Shown here: positions 33,474-46,653 of the stretch, piece by piece | Position numbering within the stretch: position 1 is the first letter of the stretch | Layout of the letters: each line of letters starts with the position of its first letter | Assembly (NCBI RefSeq): GCF_000143415.4 | Contig: NW_003314310.1 | Coordinates: 1,234,611 to 1,298,610 of the forward strand | Source: Selaginella moellendorffii | Taxonomy: Eukaryota > Plantae > Lycopodiophyta | DNA: 64,000 nt | Direction: 5' to 3' | Position numbers and translations under genes: made by a program | Notes under the pieces: model-generated | Told to the model about the DNA's origin: nothing | What the model saw: the letters and a program-made list of their open reading frames with translations, nothing else | Database searches by the model: none

Positions 33474-35116
33474 ATAAAATTTTCATTAATAGGTTCTAGA
33501 GAACTCTCCTGGAGCAATATCACACCAAGCTAATTCAGCACAGCCTATAACCCACAAATAGGTATTGAGTATTAAGTCAAATATGATGGCAATGATATTT
33601 TTTGATAGATGAACAAATGAAAATGGTGAATAAGTAGTTGGAGGATTATTTGTGATGCTAAGTCTTTAGAGACCATTAGGTAAATCTTTTGGTACTTGCT
33701 ATAACAACTCAACACATTCGAGTATTAGGGTGAGTCCATGGGAAGTCATCAATGGGTGAGCTATTAAAGGTTTTATAGAACTCGGCATTACTGAGTATTA
33801 TAAAGAGTTACTCGTAGTGGAGGCATTCATAGCAGAAAAACTCAATATTAAGAATTTAGTGAGGGATTCCTTGGAACGGACTTAACAAAGGCAAACCAAA
33901 TACATGAACTAGAAGCACTAAGACATAAAGTTACAATTTGGGGAGAAGGTGTTGCTAAAGACCAAGAACCTAAAGTTACTAAACAGGATCATCTGGAAGT
34001 TGACCCAAAGGTAAAATACATGTATTTTTGGAAATGAACTAATTTTGAATTCCTTAAGCAGGTTTGCAGGGCATTATGAAATTGAGGCTTAATACCGATG
34101 AGGAAGATGACCCCTATATTCTATATGAACTTACTCAAGCCATACTTTGAGGACTCGTTTTGCAAGAACCAAGTAAAACCTTTAAGTTATCCAAAGAGAG
34201 GAGGACTACAATGTCAAGGCATGTTCTTCAATGTACACAAGAGTAAATGACAAAAATGCGAGGTGAAGGAGTTCTTTGTAAAGTGGAAAGGATTTCCACT
34301 CTATGAAACAATAACATGGGAACCGGAAGGGAACTTGACAAATGCATAAAATCTACTGGAGGAATTTTTGCAAAGTTAAACTTTATATACTTATACAAAG
34401 TTTCATTAAAGTATCCATTTGTGAAATGGAGTAATGGAGTAATATCATATGTTAAGACCCAAAGGTAAGCTAACTATCATAGGTTTAGTTAAATCAACCA
34501 AGCACAAGGAGCTATGCCTAACTCCCTAATAAAATGTTAAATCTATAGACGTATTTTATGGAAGTTGGGTTTAAGTCCCAACCTCTAGTAAAACAAGGTT
34601 GGGTTCAAGTCCCAACCCTCTATTAGAGCGAGGTGAAGTGAGCAATATAGGGACACTTATATTTCATTATCATGAACTCTTAACTAGGGAGGCTAACTTA
34701 GGCACATTGTTAAGTGGGGGGATGCCCTTGGAGACATGGTTAATAAGTTGAAGGATTAAATAGAAATGTTCAATGTTGGCATCAAATTTCTTCTATGGGT
34801 GTTATAGGGTAAAGGATCCCTAAAATCACGACCGAAATAATAAAGAGTTCATCTAATGAGACTAAGTTTAACATTGTTGTCGAAGGTCAAGGCTGAAACC
34901 AAGTCCGAGGTTGGGGGGGGTGTGCTACAAGGGGTTCCAAAAGTACAATAGAGATAATGAGGTCCAAAAACTAGTTTTGAAGGAACTTCCTAATGGTGCT
35001 TTTAAACTAACTTGAGATTGGGACTAGGTTAGGGTACTAAGCTGTTAGGTTATAATGTTTCCCCTTAAAGTCTCAAAACAAGAAATGCACCCAAGGCTTA
35101 GTATTTAGAAGGTCCT

Positions 35117-38100
35117 TGTAGCGCACGTGGTTTTGACCCTTTATCCTATGGTGATTTACCATAGGATAACACCACGAAGCGGTACCTAAACCCTCTTTGT
35201 GCCACGTGACAGATGCCACGTGTCACATGCCACGTGTCCATGCCACGTGTCCACAGGAACCTGAGGTTCAGGGCCTTGGGCCACTGAACAAAGGAACGGT
35301 GCCAAACTCCCAAGCATGGAGCCTAGGAGTGACAGAACCGAACCACAGAGCAACTCCCGAGCATAAAGCCCAAGGAGCGAAGGGACAGGAGCCCGGAGCG
35401 ACTTGGAACAGTCCTGGAGCAACCAGCATCCCAATGCAAGGACCAGCACGCAAAACAGAGCCAAATGGAGTCTGGCGCTATTTCGGCATACCGGTGGCCT
35501 AACATGAGGATATGGGTACTCCACCAACTAGCATGGAATGGAACTTGGGCTTAGACCCAAGCCGGACGCAGAACAAAGACAGGCACGCAAGCGGGAGCTA
35601 GACTATGCCTCAGGTTGGTCGGCCATGCCCGACCTACCCACTATCCCTACTATACATTTGGAACCCCCCACAGCCCCCCCCCCTTTGAGGAACACACGCT
35701 TTGGGCTTTCACCCCAAGCCTCCCTTAGTATCAGGAGTTAGTCTCTGGGACAAGCTCGAAACTTACTAAATATGGAATGTCCCTAGATTGCGAATTTGGA
35801 CATGGGACGAACACCATTGTGTTTAGGACGATCTCTACATTCCGTAGATATGCCAAATGAGCAAATCTGGACACTTTCCATAAATAGCATTTGGGACCGA
35901 AATGAGACTAACACAAAGGGCATGATAGCGAGGGTGTTTGGCAGACACGGTAAGCTATCATGTAGCGATATTGAGGGACCAATCTCAATACGCGAAGGTT
36001 CTTGTCAAGCCAGTGCAAGACAGAGCAAAAGAGAACTAAAAAGCCAGGCCAAGTATGCTTGGCTGAATAGACACTTAGGAATTCCGTCCTTATGCTCATC
36101 CGGCCAAGTACAGATGCAAAGTCCAGTTTACTAACACTTGAACAAGAGGGGCTGATAAAGGGTCCAGAAATACCGACCTCCTGCCATCGTGGCAGTAAGG
36201 TAAGAGTGTCCGTATGGACTAGTCGACAGGTAACTTTCGATACCCGAAGTCATATTCGCGACACTCTCCCCCCCTAGGGAAGATCGACGTCCTCGTCGAT
36301 GCATACTCGAGTCTAGAATACCGCCAAGGAAACAACTCCAGAAAAAGTTCACGGTACTCACACTATGTGAGAAATGCACCAACTTAAATGAGTTAGGAGG
36401 CAACCTCTTTGTCTAACGCGGATGCGCTACCAGCTCAGACACCTTCCGGCCGTCGCCGACAAGGAAATGACCAACGGAGTCAGCCACCCTTGCTGCTCTG
36501 GGAGTCACCCAGCTTACAAAAGTGTGATATGCCCCTGCCCGCAGGAACATAGAGAGAGAAGCCAGAGGCCCCAACCCTCCTAAGCAAAGAAACCAAACCC
36601 GTCGGTAAAGTTTAGATAGACTACTGTAAACAGGCAGTTAGAGTTGTTTACACGGTCACGCCCTTTTAACGGAATAAGGAACATCGACAGAGAGGCGGGT
36701 GATGTGACCAGTCGACAGTAGCTACCCCATGACTAGAGATTTCAACATGCACACGAAGTGCCGAAGCTAGTCTGCCTATACTGGCCCAAACTCAAAGATC
36801 ATAGATGGACATTATCAAAGTCAGAGACAATGATATCTTAGAGACTTAATTATCAGTGAGTATATCTTAGATTAGAACACAAAAGTATTCCAAGTAAGTT
36901 ATCATCTGATAAACTAGTAGTATAGTACAGGAACCACCAAGATCATCAAAATTGGTAAACATAGGATTCACAGTCTAATAAAATTCAATAGCAAGTATAT
37001 CATCAAGTAAACTCAATGATGAAACTTAACTACCAAAGATAGTAGACAGTAAGCCAACAACTTACTAGAGATAACTCAAAAAACACAAAGTATCATTGAC
37101 TAACAAGCACAATGCTCGTGAATGTATCACCCGAAGGAAATAACATCCTAACCTATCAGAACTAACTTGAGCAATAATCAATAGAAGAGAATGAATGCGG
37201 TAAGACCAACAAACACTCATTCCTGCCAACTAACACAGAAGCCAATCTGAATAGATCCCAGCCAACAATACCAAGGAACTCAAGTTGCCTAAGCAAGTGT
37301 CAGCAACATCCTACTGATGTCTCAAACCCAAGAGACCAATCCAGAGCAAATCACAAAGAACATGTGATATTGTGAAAAGCCACAAGTCATCAAAGAGAAA
37401 AACTAACCACCATAAAAGATCATCAATTATCCTATCAATAGAGAAATGCATAATCATTATCGAAGAAAGAATCTACTATCCCGAAGAACAGCAAATCATT
37501 CTATACCAACAATAATCAAGCAAAACCCTTGACAAGGATAATCAACTATCTTAGATGATAGTCAATCATCACCAATGATTGCTAGATGCAAAGACTAACG
37601 TCAACATCGAAGCTAATGAGCCAAAATGCCTTCCCCCAACAACTCCTAACAAATGGAACAATGAGCATGAAAACTCAAATAACCAAAAGTTCGAAGAAGT
37701 CTATAGCCAAGTCTTGCCTAATAATGATCACGAGTCTCACATGGACTAACGTCAATGCTAAAGAAGAAATCATGGTACAACCCACAATATCTTCCTCAAC
37801 ACATCCATAAGCTAAACTTCATAATGCCAAAGCTAATGAAGAGCATATCTGCATCAATCCAAAAGTTAAGCATAACAAAGCTATGCTCAACAAGTGATCA
37901 CCAAATGATCCTCCATGAATCCATCTATAACAAGACGTAATTCACATCATAACAAGCACAAGAAGAATCATCAATGATCGATATATTCCAACTCAAATCC
38001 AATAAGGATTTAAACATTCTAATATCAATCACTAACTCTTCTGCTTGTAGAGTTAGCATCATCCATGACTGAATCACTTTTCAAGGAAAAGCCAAAGCTT

Positions 38101-41100
38101 AACCCCTACTAAATAATCTTGTCTAGAACACAACTAACTCAAACTTGCCACTCAGTTCATTTGAACGTCAACACAGTTGCTAACTAGCAAATGCACGAAT
38201 GTTAATAACACAAAGCTACAGCCAAATCATCGACACTATCTTCATCGAGAGCAATGAAACTCAATATCAATCCTAAGGATAGATATATCATCTCACCTAA
38301 ATCTCAACATCAATAATATCAATGACAAGGCATCACCTCAATGCCATCAACACAAGAACAAAGCTAGAAGAAAGTATGAGTTTATCACCACTCAAAACTC
38401 TCTTGCAACCAAGCTAACCAAAGTCGAAGATACTTTAGTCAGTATCCGAGACTAGTTCTTCAACAATACTCAGCTACAGATAACACTTCATCAAGGAGTG
38501 AATCACCACATCCAAGACTCCATGAAATCCAACACTATGAACTAAACGCAACCAAATGATATCAACAGAGGTAGAGTCGACATGCCAACATGGAAAACCC
38601 AAGTAACTCTAACGACACGATCCTCCGCAACCCCATTCAGTAAAGCAAGCCCATCACTGATAAATTTTCATCGAGTGAAGCAAGTGTCAACAGTCTTTGA
38701 CAAAGTCTACAAGCAATCACTAGTTGCCAAGCAACTAACCATCACTTTTTCAACTTGTTTTCATGAGACCCAAACACTAAACTCACGTCATCGAGTCATA
38801 CATTTGTCCAACATGAACGTAATACCCCAGATATGAGATAAAGGTTCATGGACAAGCACGAACTAAATGACCACTCGAATCCAACTCAACTGCGATAAGC
38901 TCACTAATGCATTTAGCCACTAGCTTTGAGCATGCCTTGAAGAGGTTAGCTATGCATGATCAACACTCAGCTGAAACTAAAGTGAAGACCATGAGATGGA
39001 TCTATATTGGTACACAACCTCCTCATAGACAAAGCTATAGTATGGTTACCAACATCTCAAACTCAAACAACTAAGTTGGACATCACCATCCTTAGCCAAG
39101 GCGTAGGGCCACCAAGACCAAGTCAAGATCAGTGAGAGCTCACTACTCTCATAGAGTCTAACGAAATGCAAAGTGCAACTTGCCACCAAGCATAACGCCA
39201 CAAAAGAAAAGCACAAGGGTCACCTTTTTTAGAAAAGCGCAACGGCCACTTTGCTACACCAAGTCCAGACTCTATCCAACTTAATTGCCTTAGCCCCAAA
39301 AGTTAGCATCCCTTTCGGGCCACATCATACAAACTACATACTAAGGTCTAAGCTAACCGAAGTCAACTCCAACCCTTTCACTAGTTTGTATTGGCTTACA
39401 AAAACGGAATGGTTTTCGAGCAAAGTGATAACAGATCAGCCATTGGAAAAGTCTAAGAAAATTTGTGGAAAATTTTCCATCCTAGAGAAAGAATGGCTCT
39501 CAGTCCAGGAATGCAAACTTTCAAGACTCAACCAACTTCCTCCTACTTAACCACTTCACATAGGCTCACCTCAACACAAATTCTCATGATCCATAGTATG
39601 CTTAAGCCTCGAACATCTTTTTGCCCATTCTTTCGACATCCAACTTCGACATCCGCAAAATGCAAAATGAACATCTAAAGCTTGATCACGAAGACCACAT
39701 CTTCGGATATCCACATTGCACTAACACTCTTCTTCAACCACCTTCAAGTTCCAATGTGAAGCTAAAACACCAACAAGAAAAATGACATGGAAAATCAAGC
39801 TCTAAGGAAATTTCCTCATCACTTAAAATAACAATGCCACTTCCATTAACACAAGTGCTAGTAATGTCAATGCCTCAATCTCACACCTTCTCTATCCAAC
39901 AATCTACTCCAAGTGTTAACGGATCAACTTATGAGCTATAGCAAATGAATGCTACAACCCTTTCCAACACCTTATGGGCAAACCCTCAAGGAAACAAGGA
40001 ACCAACTTAAGCTTAGCACAATGGACCACCATCGAGAATCCAGTTAAAGCTACTATAATGCTACTTCGTGCAAGTAGACTAGCTTCACTATCAACAACTT
40101 TAGGGTTGATCATCATTTAACCAAACAACTTCGTAAACACATTGCTCATTATCACATGGATATGATACAAAATCACAATGATTTGATCATCAATTGAGCA
40201 ACACCACGAGCAACACCCATGTCATTACTTCAAAGGTTTATGTGAGCATCAAGTGCTAACTCAATTCGGCAAAATGCAACATAAATGTCACACTCCACCA
40301 ATAGAGATTTACAACACCTGACACCACTAACTTTTGTTCACAACATGGATAAGCACATGCCACTCTTTTTCCGACCAAACTCAAAACTAATCCAACCAAG
40401 CTACTCAAGGAACAATAGCAAGGTTCCCGGAAAAAGAATTGAGCATTGTAACTCAAGTCTTCCAATAGCAAGCCTAGACAAAACGGTATAGCACTTCACT
40501 GCTATCCATCCCATAACTCACCATTTGTAAGACCATCATAATCATCATGCATCAAGATAGGGATTCTTGATTGTATAATGTGAATACGAGCAATGAGTCA
40601 ACACCTCATTGCAAATCATTTCTTCAAGAAAAGAAAATGATTTACGTGTTTGATCCTTCGTCCCCGACGACTCTCTTTTCGGTCTTATCTTTTGACTACA
40701 CCTCAAGCTTGCTTTCGCATTGCCTTCAGTCCAATCCAAGAAAAGTTTATGAGAGAGCACGGCAATGATTACTTGAACCAATAGACTAATCCCTACAGTC
40801 TTGACTGATCCACTTGTAACCATGCCTAGGAAGGATCCACTAGTGCCGTGCTAAACAGCTACGGACCAGCCTATTTGCCACTCATAGCAAACCCAGGGAA
40901 GGTTTGCTTTCACTCACGGTATATGGAACAACTCATGGAACCACCGATAGGCTAACATTAATCCTGCCAACTCAAAGTGTAACCTCAAGTTGCTAATGCG
41001 CCTCACTCACGAGCCCAAGCTCAAACTCGTGCTAACGGAGCATCTCAAATCCATCCTATGAGCCCAAGAGCAAGCTCACATTGTTAGGTACAAAAGGTAA

Positions 41101-42395
41101 CCAAAACCATACCCAAGGAACGAATGTGAACCCTTTGCACCAAACGTGTACCCACTCGGATCATCGTTTTCATCTCTGCGTATGCAACGAGACTAGTTGC
41201 CCAATCTCATTGAATAGTACTCGCTGAGACTCATCCTCTGATACCAAATGTAGCGCACGTGGTTTTGACCCTTTATCCTATGGTAATTTACCATAGGATA
41301 ACACCACGAAGCGGTACCTAAACCCTCTTTGTGCCACGTGACAGATGCCACGTGTCACATGCCACGTGTCCATGCCACGTGTCCACAGGAACCCGAGGTT
41401 CAGGGCCTTGGGCCACTGAACAAAGGAACGGTGCCAAACTCCCAAGCATAGAGCCTAGGAGTGACAGAACCGAACCACAGAGCAACTCCCGAGCATAAAG
41501 CCCAAGGAGCGAAGGGACAGGAGCCCGGAGCGACTTGGAACAGTCCTGGAGCAACCAGCATCCCAATGCAAGAACCAGCACGCAAAACAGAGCCAAATGG
41601 AGTCTGGCGCTATTTTGGCATACCGGTGGCCTAACGTGAGGATATGGGTACTCCACCAACTAGCATGGAATGGAACTTGGGCTTAGATCCAAGCCGGACG
41701 CAGAACAAGGATAGGCATGCAAGCGGGAGCTAGACTATGCCTCAGGTTGGTCAGCCATGCCCGACCTACCCACTATCCCTACTATACATTTGGAACCCCC
41801 CACAGCCCCCCCCTCTTTGAGGAACACACGTTTTGGGCTTTCACCCCAAGCCTCCCTTAGTATCAGGAGTTAGTCTCTGGGACAAGCTCGAAACTTACTA
41901 AATATGGAATGTCCCTAGATTGCGAATTTGGATATGGGACGAACACCATTGTGTTTAGGACGATCTCTACATTCCGTAGATATGCCAAATGAGCAAATCT
42001 GGACACTTTCCATAAATAGCATTTGGGACCGAAATGAGACTAACACAAAGGGCATGATAGCGAGGGTGTTTGGCAGACACGGTAAGCTATCATGTAGCGA
42101 TATTGAGGGACCAATCTCAATACGCGAAGGTTCTTGTCAAGCCAGTGCAAGACAGAGCAAAAGAGAACTAAAAAGCCAGGCCAAGTATGCTTGGCTGAAT
42201 AGACACTTAGGAATTCCGTCCTTATGCTCATCCGGCCAAGTACAGATGCAAAGTCCAGTTTACTAACACTTGAACAAGACGGGCTGATAAAGGGTCCAGC
42301 AATACTGACCTCCTGCCATCGTGGCAGTAAGGTAAGAGTGTCCGTATGGACTAGTCGACAGGTAACTTTCGATACCCGAAGTCACATTCGCGACA
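35117..42395 (-). mobile_element. LARD-like non-autonomous LTR element (family C)
   Basis: Nearly identical LTRs at 35117-36263 and 41249-42395, TSD GTCCT, PBS rc TGGTATCAGAG at 41236-46, PPT rc AGGGGGGGAGAG at ~36264-75. The 5-kb internal region has no ORF over 100 aa. Confidence 0.94.
35201..35252. promoter_or_regulatory. Cluster of four G-box/ABRE-like motifs (GCCACGTG[T/A]C) in the LTR; repeated at ~41333-41384
   Basis: CACGTG at 35203, 35217, 35231 and 35244. Confidence 0.55.
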
Positions 42396-42826
42396 GTCCT
42401 ATAATCAAGTTTTGTTATACCAAGGGAGGTTAGGAATTTGGAGGTTTGGTGTATTTGGCTACTTGTACTTACAAGAAGTGTAATTGAACTTTAAGTTTAA
42501 TTTAGCCTGGGGAGGGAGATTGAGAGAGAATTTAGGAATCCGTGGATGGATAATTAATATTTTATTGCTCATGTAGTGAGTAGTTGAAATTAAGTAGGAT
42601 TAAATAGGAGCTAGTACAATAGACAAGAACTTTGGCAAGGGAACTTAACTAAAGCCAAGACAATAGTGGTTAAATAGATGAGGTAAGCTAGTAAATTAGA
42701 AAGGAAAAATTTATAACTTACAACCACTCATGGTCATAAACTCCAATTTCAAATTCATGAGTATCATCTTTATCCTACCTTCTTTTTTCAAATGTGAATA
42801 TCAAGTGGTGATATATTTAACTACTA

Positions 42827-43874
42827 TGTAAGCTTTTGAATTTGAATTTCTTAAAAAGTCATTCAACTTAATGTTATTCAAACCCAAAGATGCTTTAACC
42901 CTAAATGATTAGAAAAAGGGATGCAAGTTTGTTCATAGGCCTTTCCCTTTATATTTGAACTTATATTGGTTACTTACAATCCACTAAACAAACTAGACTT
43001 ACCAAATGTATATTTCAATATATGGTATGATTCCCTTAGCCAACTAATATAATTGCACTCAAGACCCCTCTAATACCAAATATATGTTAGCAACCAAAGG
43101 GAACGATTTGAGAGACGATCCATGGGGTTCAAATATAAAGGAAAAGGGCCCATGAATAAAAGTGCACCCCCTTTTCCAATCGGTTAAGGGTCTTGGGATA
43201 TTTAGGGTTAAGCGTCCTTGGGTTTGAATAGTACTGGGCTGGGTGACCTCCCGGGAAGTCCAAACTCAGGAGCTTACATTTGGTATTAGAGCGGTCTCGA
43301 GTCCAACTCTGTTGGTTGGCTAGGGGAATCACACCACATGTTGATTTACATCTGGCTAGTCCATTTTGCTCCCGCTGAGCTCGACCCGAGGGGTAGGGTG
43401 TCAAGAGAGCAGGGCTCTCGGGAGAGCTACGGCTCTCAGCTTCCGTTCACGAGGGTGTGAACTTGCAGGGAAGCGTGGTGGATTGTTAGCAACCAAAGGG
43501 AACGATTCGAGAGACGATCCATGGGGTTCAAATATAGAGGGAAAGGGCCCATGAATAAAAGTGCACCCCCTTTTCCAATCGGTTAAGGGTCTTGGGATAT
43601 TTGGGGTTAAGCGTCTTTGGGTTTGAATAGTACTGGGCTGGGTGACCTCCCGGGAAGTCCAAACTCAGGAGCTTACAATATAATCTTTTGAATTTAGACT
43701 TCACAGAAAGTCACTAAGTTTAATACTACTCAAACCCAAGGATGTTTAATCTAAGTATCCCAAAACCCTTAACCGATTAAAAAAAAGAGAGTGCACTCTT
43801 ATTTATGGACCCTTTCCCTTTATATTTAAACTTTTACGGATCATCTTTTGAATCATTCTCTTTAGTTGTGTACA
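42827..43874 (-). mobile_element. Old degenerate Cassandra TRIM (host of the young copy)
   Basis: 42827-42978 and ~43683-43874 are AT-drifted reverse complements of the Cassandra LTR; rc PBS at 43068-43078. Confidence 0.75.
43085..43677 (+). mobile_element. Cassandra TRIM retrotransposon with 5S rRNA-derived segments in both LTRs
   Basis: 194-bp LTRs at 43085-43278 and 43484-43677, TSD ATATA, PBS TGGTATTAGAGC at 43281-92. GTTAAGCGTCCTTGGG..TAGTACTGGGCTGGGTGACCTCCCGGGAAGTCC (43207-43261; 43606-43660) matches the A-box/IE/C-box part of plant 5S rRNA. Confidence 0.93.
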
Positions 43875-44370
43875 CTCTAATAAAAGTTGGACTAAGGAAT
43901 AATTTTAATACTAAGTTTTAAACAATTAAATTTCCACTTTACTTTATAATCATAATCATACCTTTAACCACTTAGAAAAATCTCATTCACAATCTCTAAA
44001 GATCTTCATCCCAACTTAAAGTATTAAATAAGTCTTTAGAGATGAACTCAAAGCTACAATGACTTTGCACCTAAGTATTTTATTTAATTCCTATCTCAAA
44101 AACTCAAAAGTACCACTAACATTTTAAATTTTTTTACTAAGGCTATGTCCATTTTCACTATTTTATTGGTATTTCAATACCACCTATACCATGATCCCAT
44201 CTCTTTAAAACTAAACCATTCATCTGGTCATAGAGTGATCACTCATACTCTTTAACATCTTTAAAATACTGTAAGACATAAAAAAATTTAATATCCTTTA
44301 TTTGATCCCTACTAAATCCCTCTTTGTCTATGATAATCTTCACCAACATTGCTATTGGGTCAGGGAGTAG
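43875..44370 (-). mobile_element. Degenerate family-B LTR remnant
   Basis: AT-drifted homology to 27848-28345. Confidence 0.7.
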
Positions 44371-45489
44371 TGACAACTAGCACATGGATCTTAGCCAGAT
44401 TGAATTTAATAGCTACCATCAATATGATGCAATGGGATGCTTGCCATCATTGAGCATTTGCTGGATGTCAAATTTGCCTGTTCTGGGTAAATGCCAGTTG
44501 CAAGAGAAAACATTGTGATCTTCCATCCAAGGCATCTGCCGTGCCACTGCACTTTCCATACATTTCCATACCTGCAAATCTTTCTGGATGGCAGCTCCTC
44601 CTCCCCATCGCCTCATGAATGGGCAAGATCCACATTGCCCATGGACACTTTTGCCCTTCGTTAACCTGGTTTATAAATAGCAAAATGGGGAAGCTCCGGG
44701 TGACGGTGATGGTGAGGACGATGCCACCACGGGCGACCTTGATGACGACCACATTTTCGATTGCATTCCAACGAGGGAGCTCCTCACGCGGGCTGCGTTT
44801 GTGGGAAGCGCTTGTGCCAATCTCATGTAAGTAAAGAATGTAATTAGAGCTGATCATTCTTCTCGATACTTTCAGTGACTTCTCTCGGTGGCTGGATGAT
44901 CAGGTCTGGCTGAAACCAAAAGACATCACCAAACCAGCTCGCAAGCACCCATCGACCGTCACAAGCATTACTTTTCCGCGGTATGTGGTTCTTCTCGCGC
45001 TTTTTCTCTATCTCCTTGCCTATTATCTTATCCAGAACGCAGAGAAGATCGTCTCTACTGTCTCCACCATTCCTCATCTTTGCCACCTCTCAGCCACGAT
45101 TTTCGATGCTCAGATCTCATCGAGCTCCTCTCCACAGCCTAGAAATTATCAGGATGTGTCTAGTTTTCTCCTTGCAGTGCCTTCTCAATGTCCTCTTCTT
45201 CACACACTGGAGCTTTTGGGTGTGAGTGTGACTTAGCAGTGACTTTGGAGTCGCGCTTAAAAGCCCCTCACCACGCTCCACATCTCTAGCAATGACTTGG
45301 GTTAGGAGCATGTCAATGATATCTTCAAAAGCTACTCAAACCTCTCAGATCTTTGTGTTGTGGCATCCCATCTGTTGATAATCGAGCATGCTTCCACAGC
45401 CCAATGCCAACTTCTCTCACGTCTCTCAAGCTCTGTTTCTCTCCTGGAGTGTTGCATATCATAGTTCCACACCTTGGAAGTTGATCAAA

Positions 45490-46640
45490 GATAATGGCAT
45501 CTTGTACCTATCCAGATTTAGAATGGAAAAATATATTTAGCCTGCAAGCACATCTATTACTGCCAGGTCAGCTGCCCTCTATGTGGAGTCTATGTTTAGT
45601 GGGACATGGCAAGCAATCTGTAAAACATGTTCCAATCTCAAGGTTCTTGATTTATCTACAAAGGTATACTTCCATTTTCCTTGGTTTTATGTGTATTGAA
45701 GAAACGCATTCATTGTTCTTTTGCAGCTCGAAAGAGGGCTGTTTGTAAAATTCCATCTGCTCTTCCGAAACTTGAGAAAGTTTGCCTTCCGACAGGGTCC
45801 CTGTACAGTTCACCTGATTTAAACTCAATCAAAGCTGTCACAAGACAGGTCTATATTATGTGCAAGACAAAGGAATCAGAAGGATGCAACAAGCTCCAGG
45901 TTTTGAGTCTAGTTAATTGCACCAAGATCACCACCAGTTCCATGCACCTTTTCCATTCATATTTTTCTCCATGATCAAGGATTTCTATATATTCCCAGGT
46001 TTATTGCGTTCCATCTTTTCTTTGGGTGCAAATTTATTGATGATGAGGCTGTTGCAATGCTCTTCCCACAATTGAGTAACTCTCTTCACTGTCTGAATCT
46101 GCGAATCTCTACTGCAACACTGGGAGTTTTGTGAGTATGTACAAGCTTTATTTATGGTTTTCAAACAAGTTTTTCAAATCTGTTTTCTTATCGTTAGGAA
46201 CAAGCATCAAACTTGGAGCTTTTGGTGATCCATAGAATACTTAGCAACAAACTGAGTGCCTCAAGGTGGATCGTCCACTGAAGGCAGGGACAGGGACAGG
46301 TTTAATGTTCTGACAACTGGGTGTTTTGATTAAAACTATCAAGGCGGATTGTCCATTCCTTGCGCGAATCAAGAGGCTGGATGCTAGTATCAGGTAGCTC
46401 CAGTTGAATGGATCGGTTATAGACATTGCTTGCGAGATGTTTCTTCCAGCAAACAATGTGAGGGAGAGACTCTGATCAACGTGAATGATTTCAGCCGAGA
46501 AACGACCTTTGATGCTTGTAATGCAAGCTGCAGAGATAACTGTGCTGCTTGGCTCTCTGCGAGGCTGGTGGATAGAAATCTTGCAACATGGCAATTTCTA
46601 TATCAATCAATCAATGCAATCTACAAAAATGACTCAAATC
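45490..46640 (+). pseudogene. Possible degenerate LRR (F-box/LRR-like) gene fragments
   Basis: Exon-like pieces such as GCNKLQVLSLVNCTKIT and GCKFIDDEAV..LHCLNL with internal stops; no coherent gene model. Confidence 0.35.
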
Positions 46641-46653
46641 CTCGAGGGTGGAC

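Larger units (their letters stand above)
29627..42722 (+). mobile_element. Old, heavily transition-mutated copy of family A chromovirus (protease to 3' LTR), split by nested insertions
   Basis: Collinear with the reverse complement of 4152-8920: RT fragments at 29901-30533, IN, both introns, chromodomain. 3' LTR remnants at ~34810-35116 and 42401-42722. Confidence 0.88.

Noticed and set aside
43207-43261. 5S rRNA gene
   Set aside because: Only the internal-promoter half is present, and it lies within LTRs, so this is Cassandra.
44411-45490. Minus-strand gene fragments
   Set aside because: Short ORFs with no recognisable family or consistent splice model.
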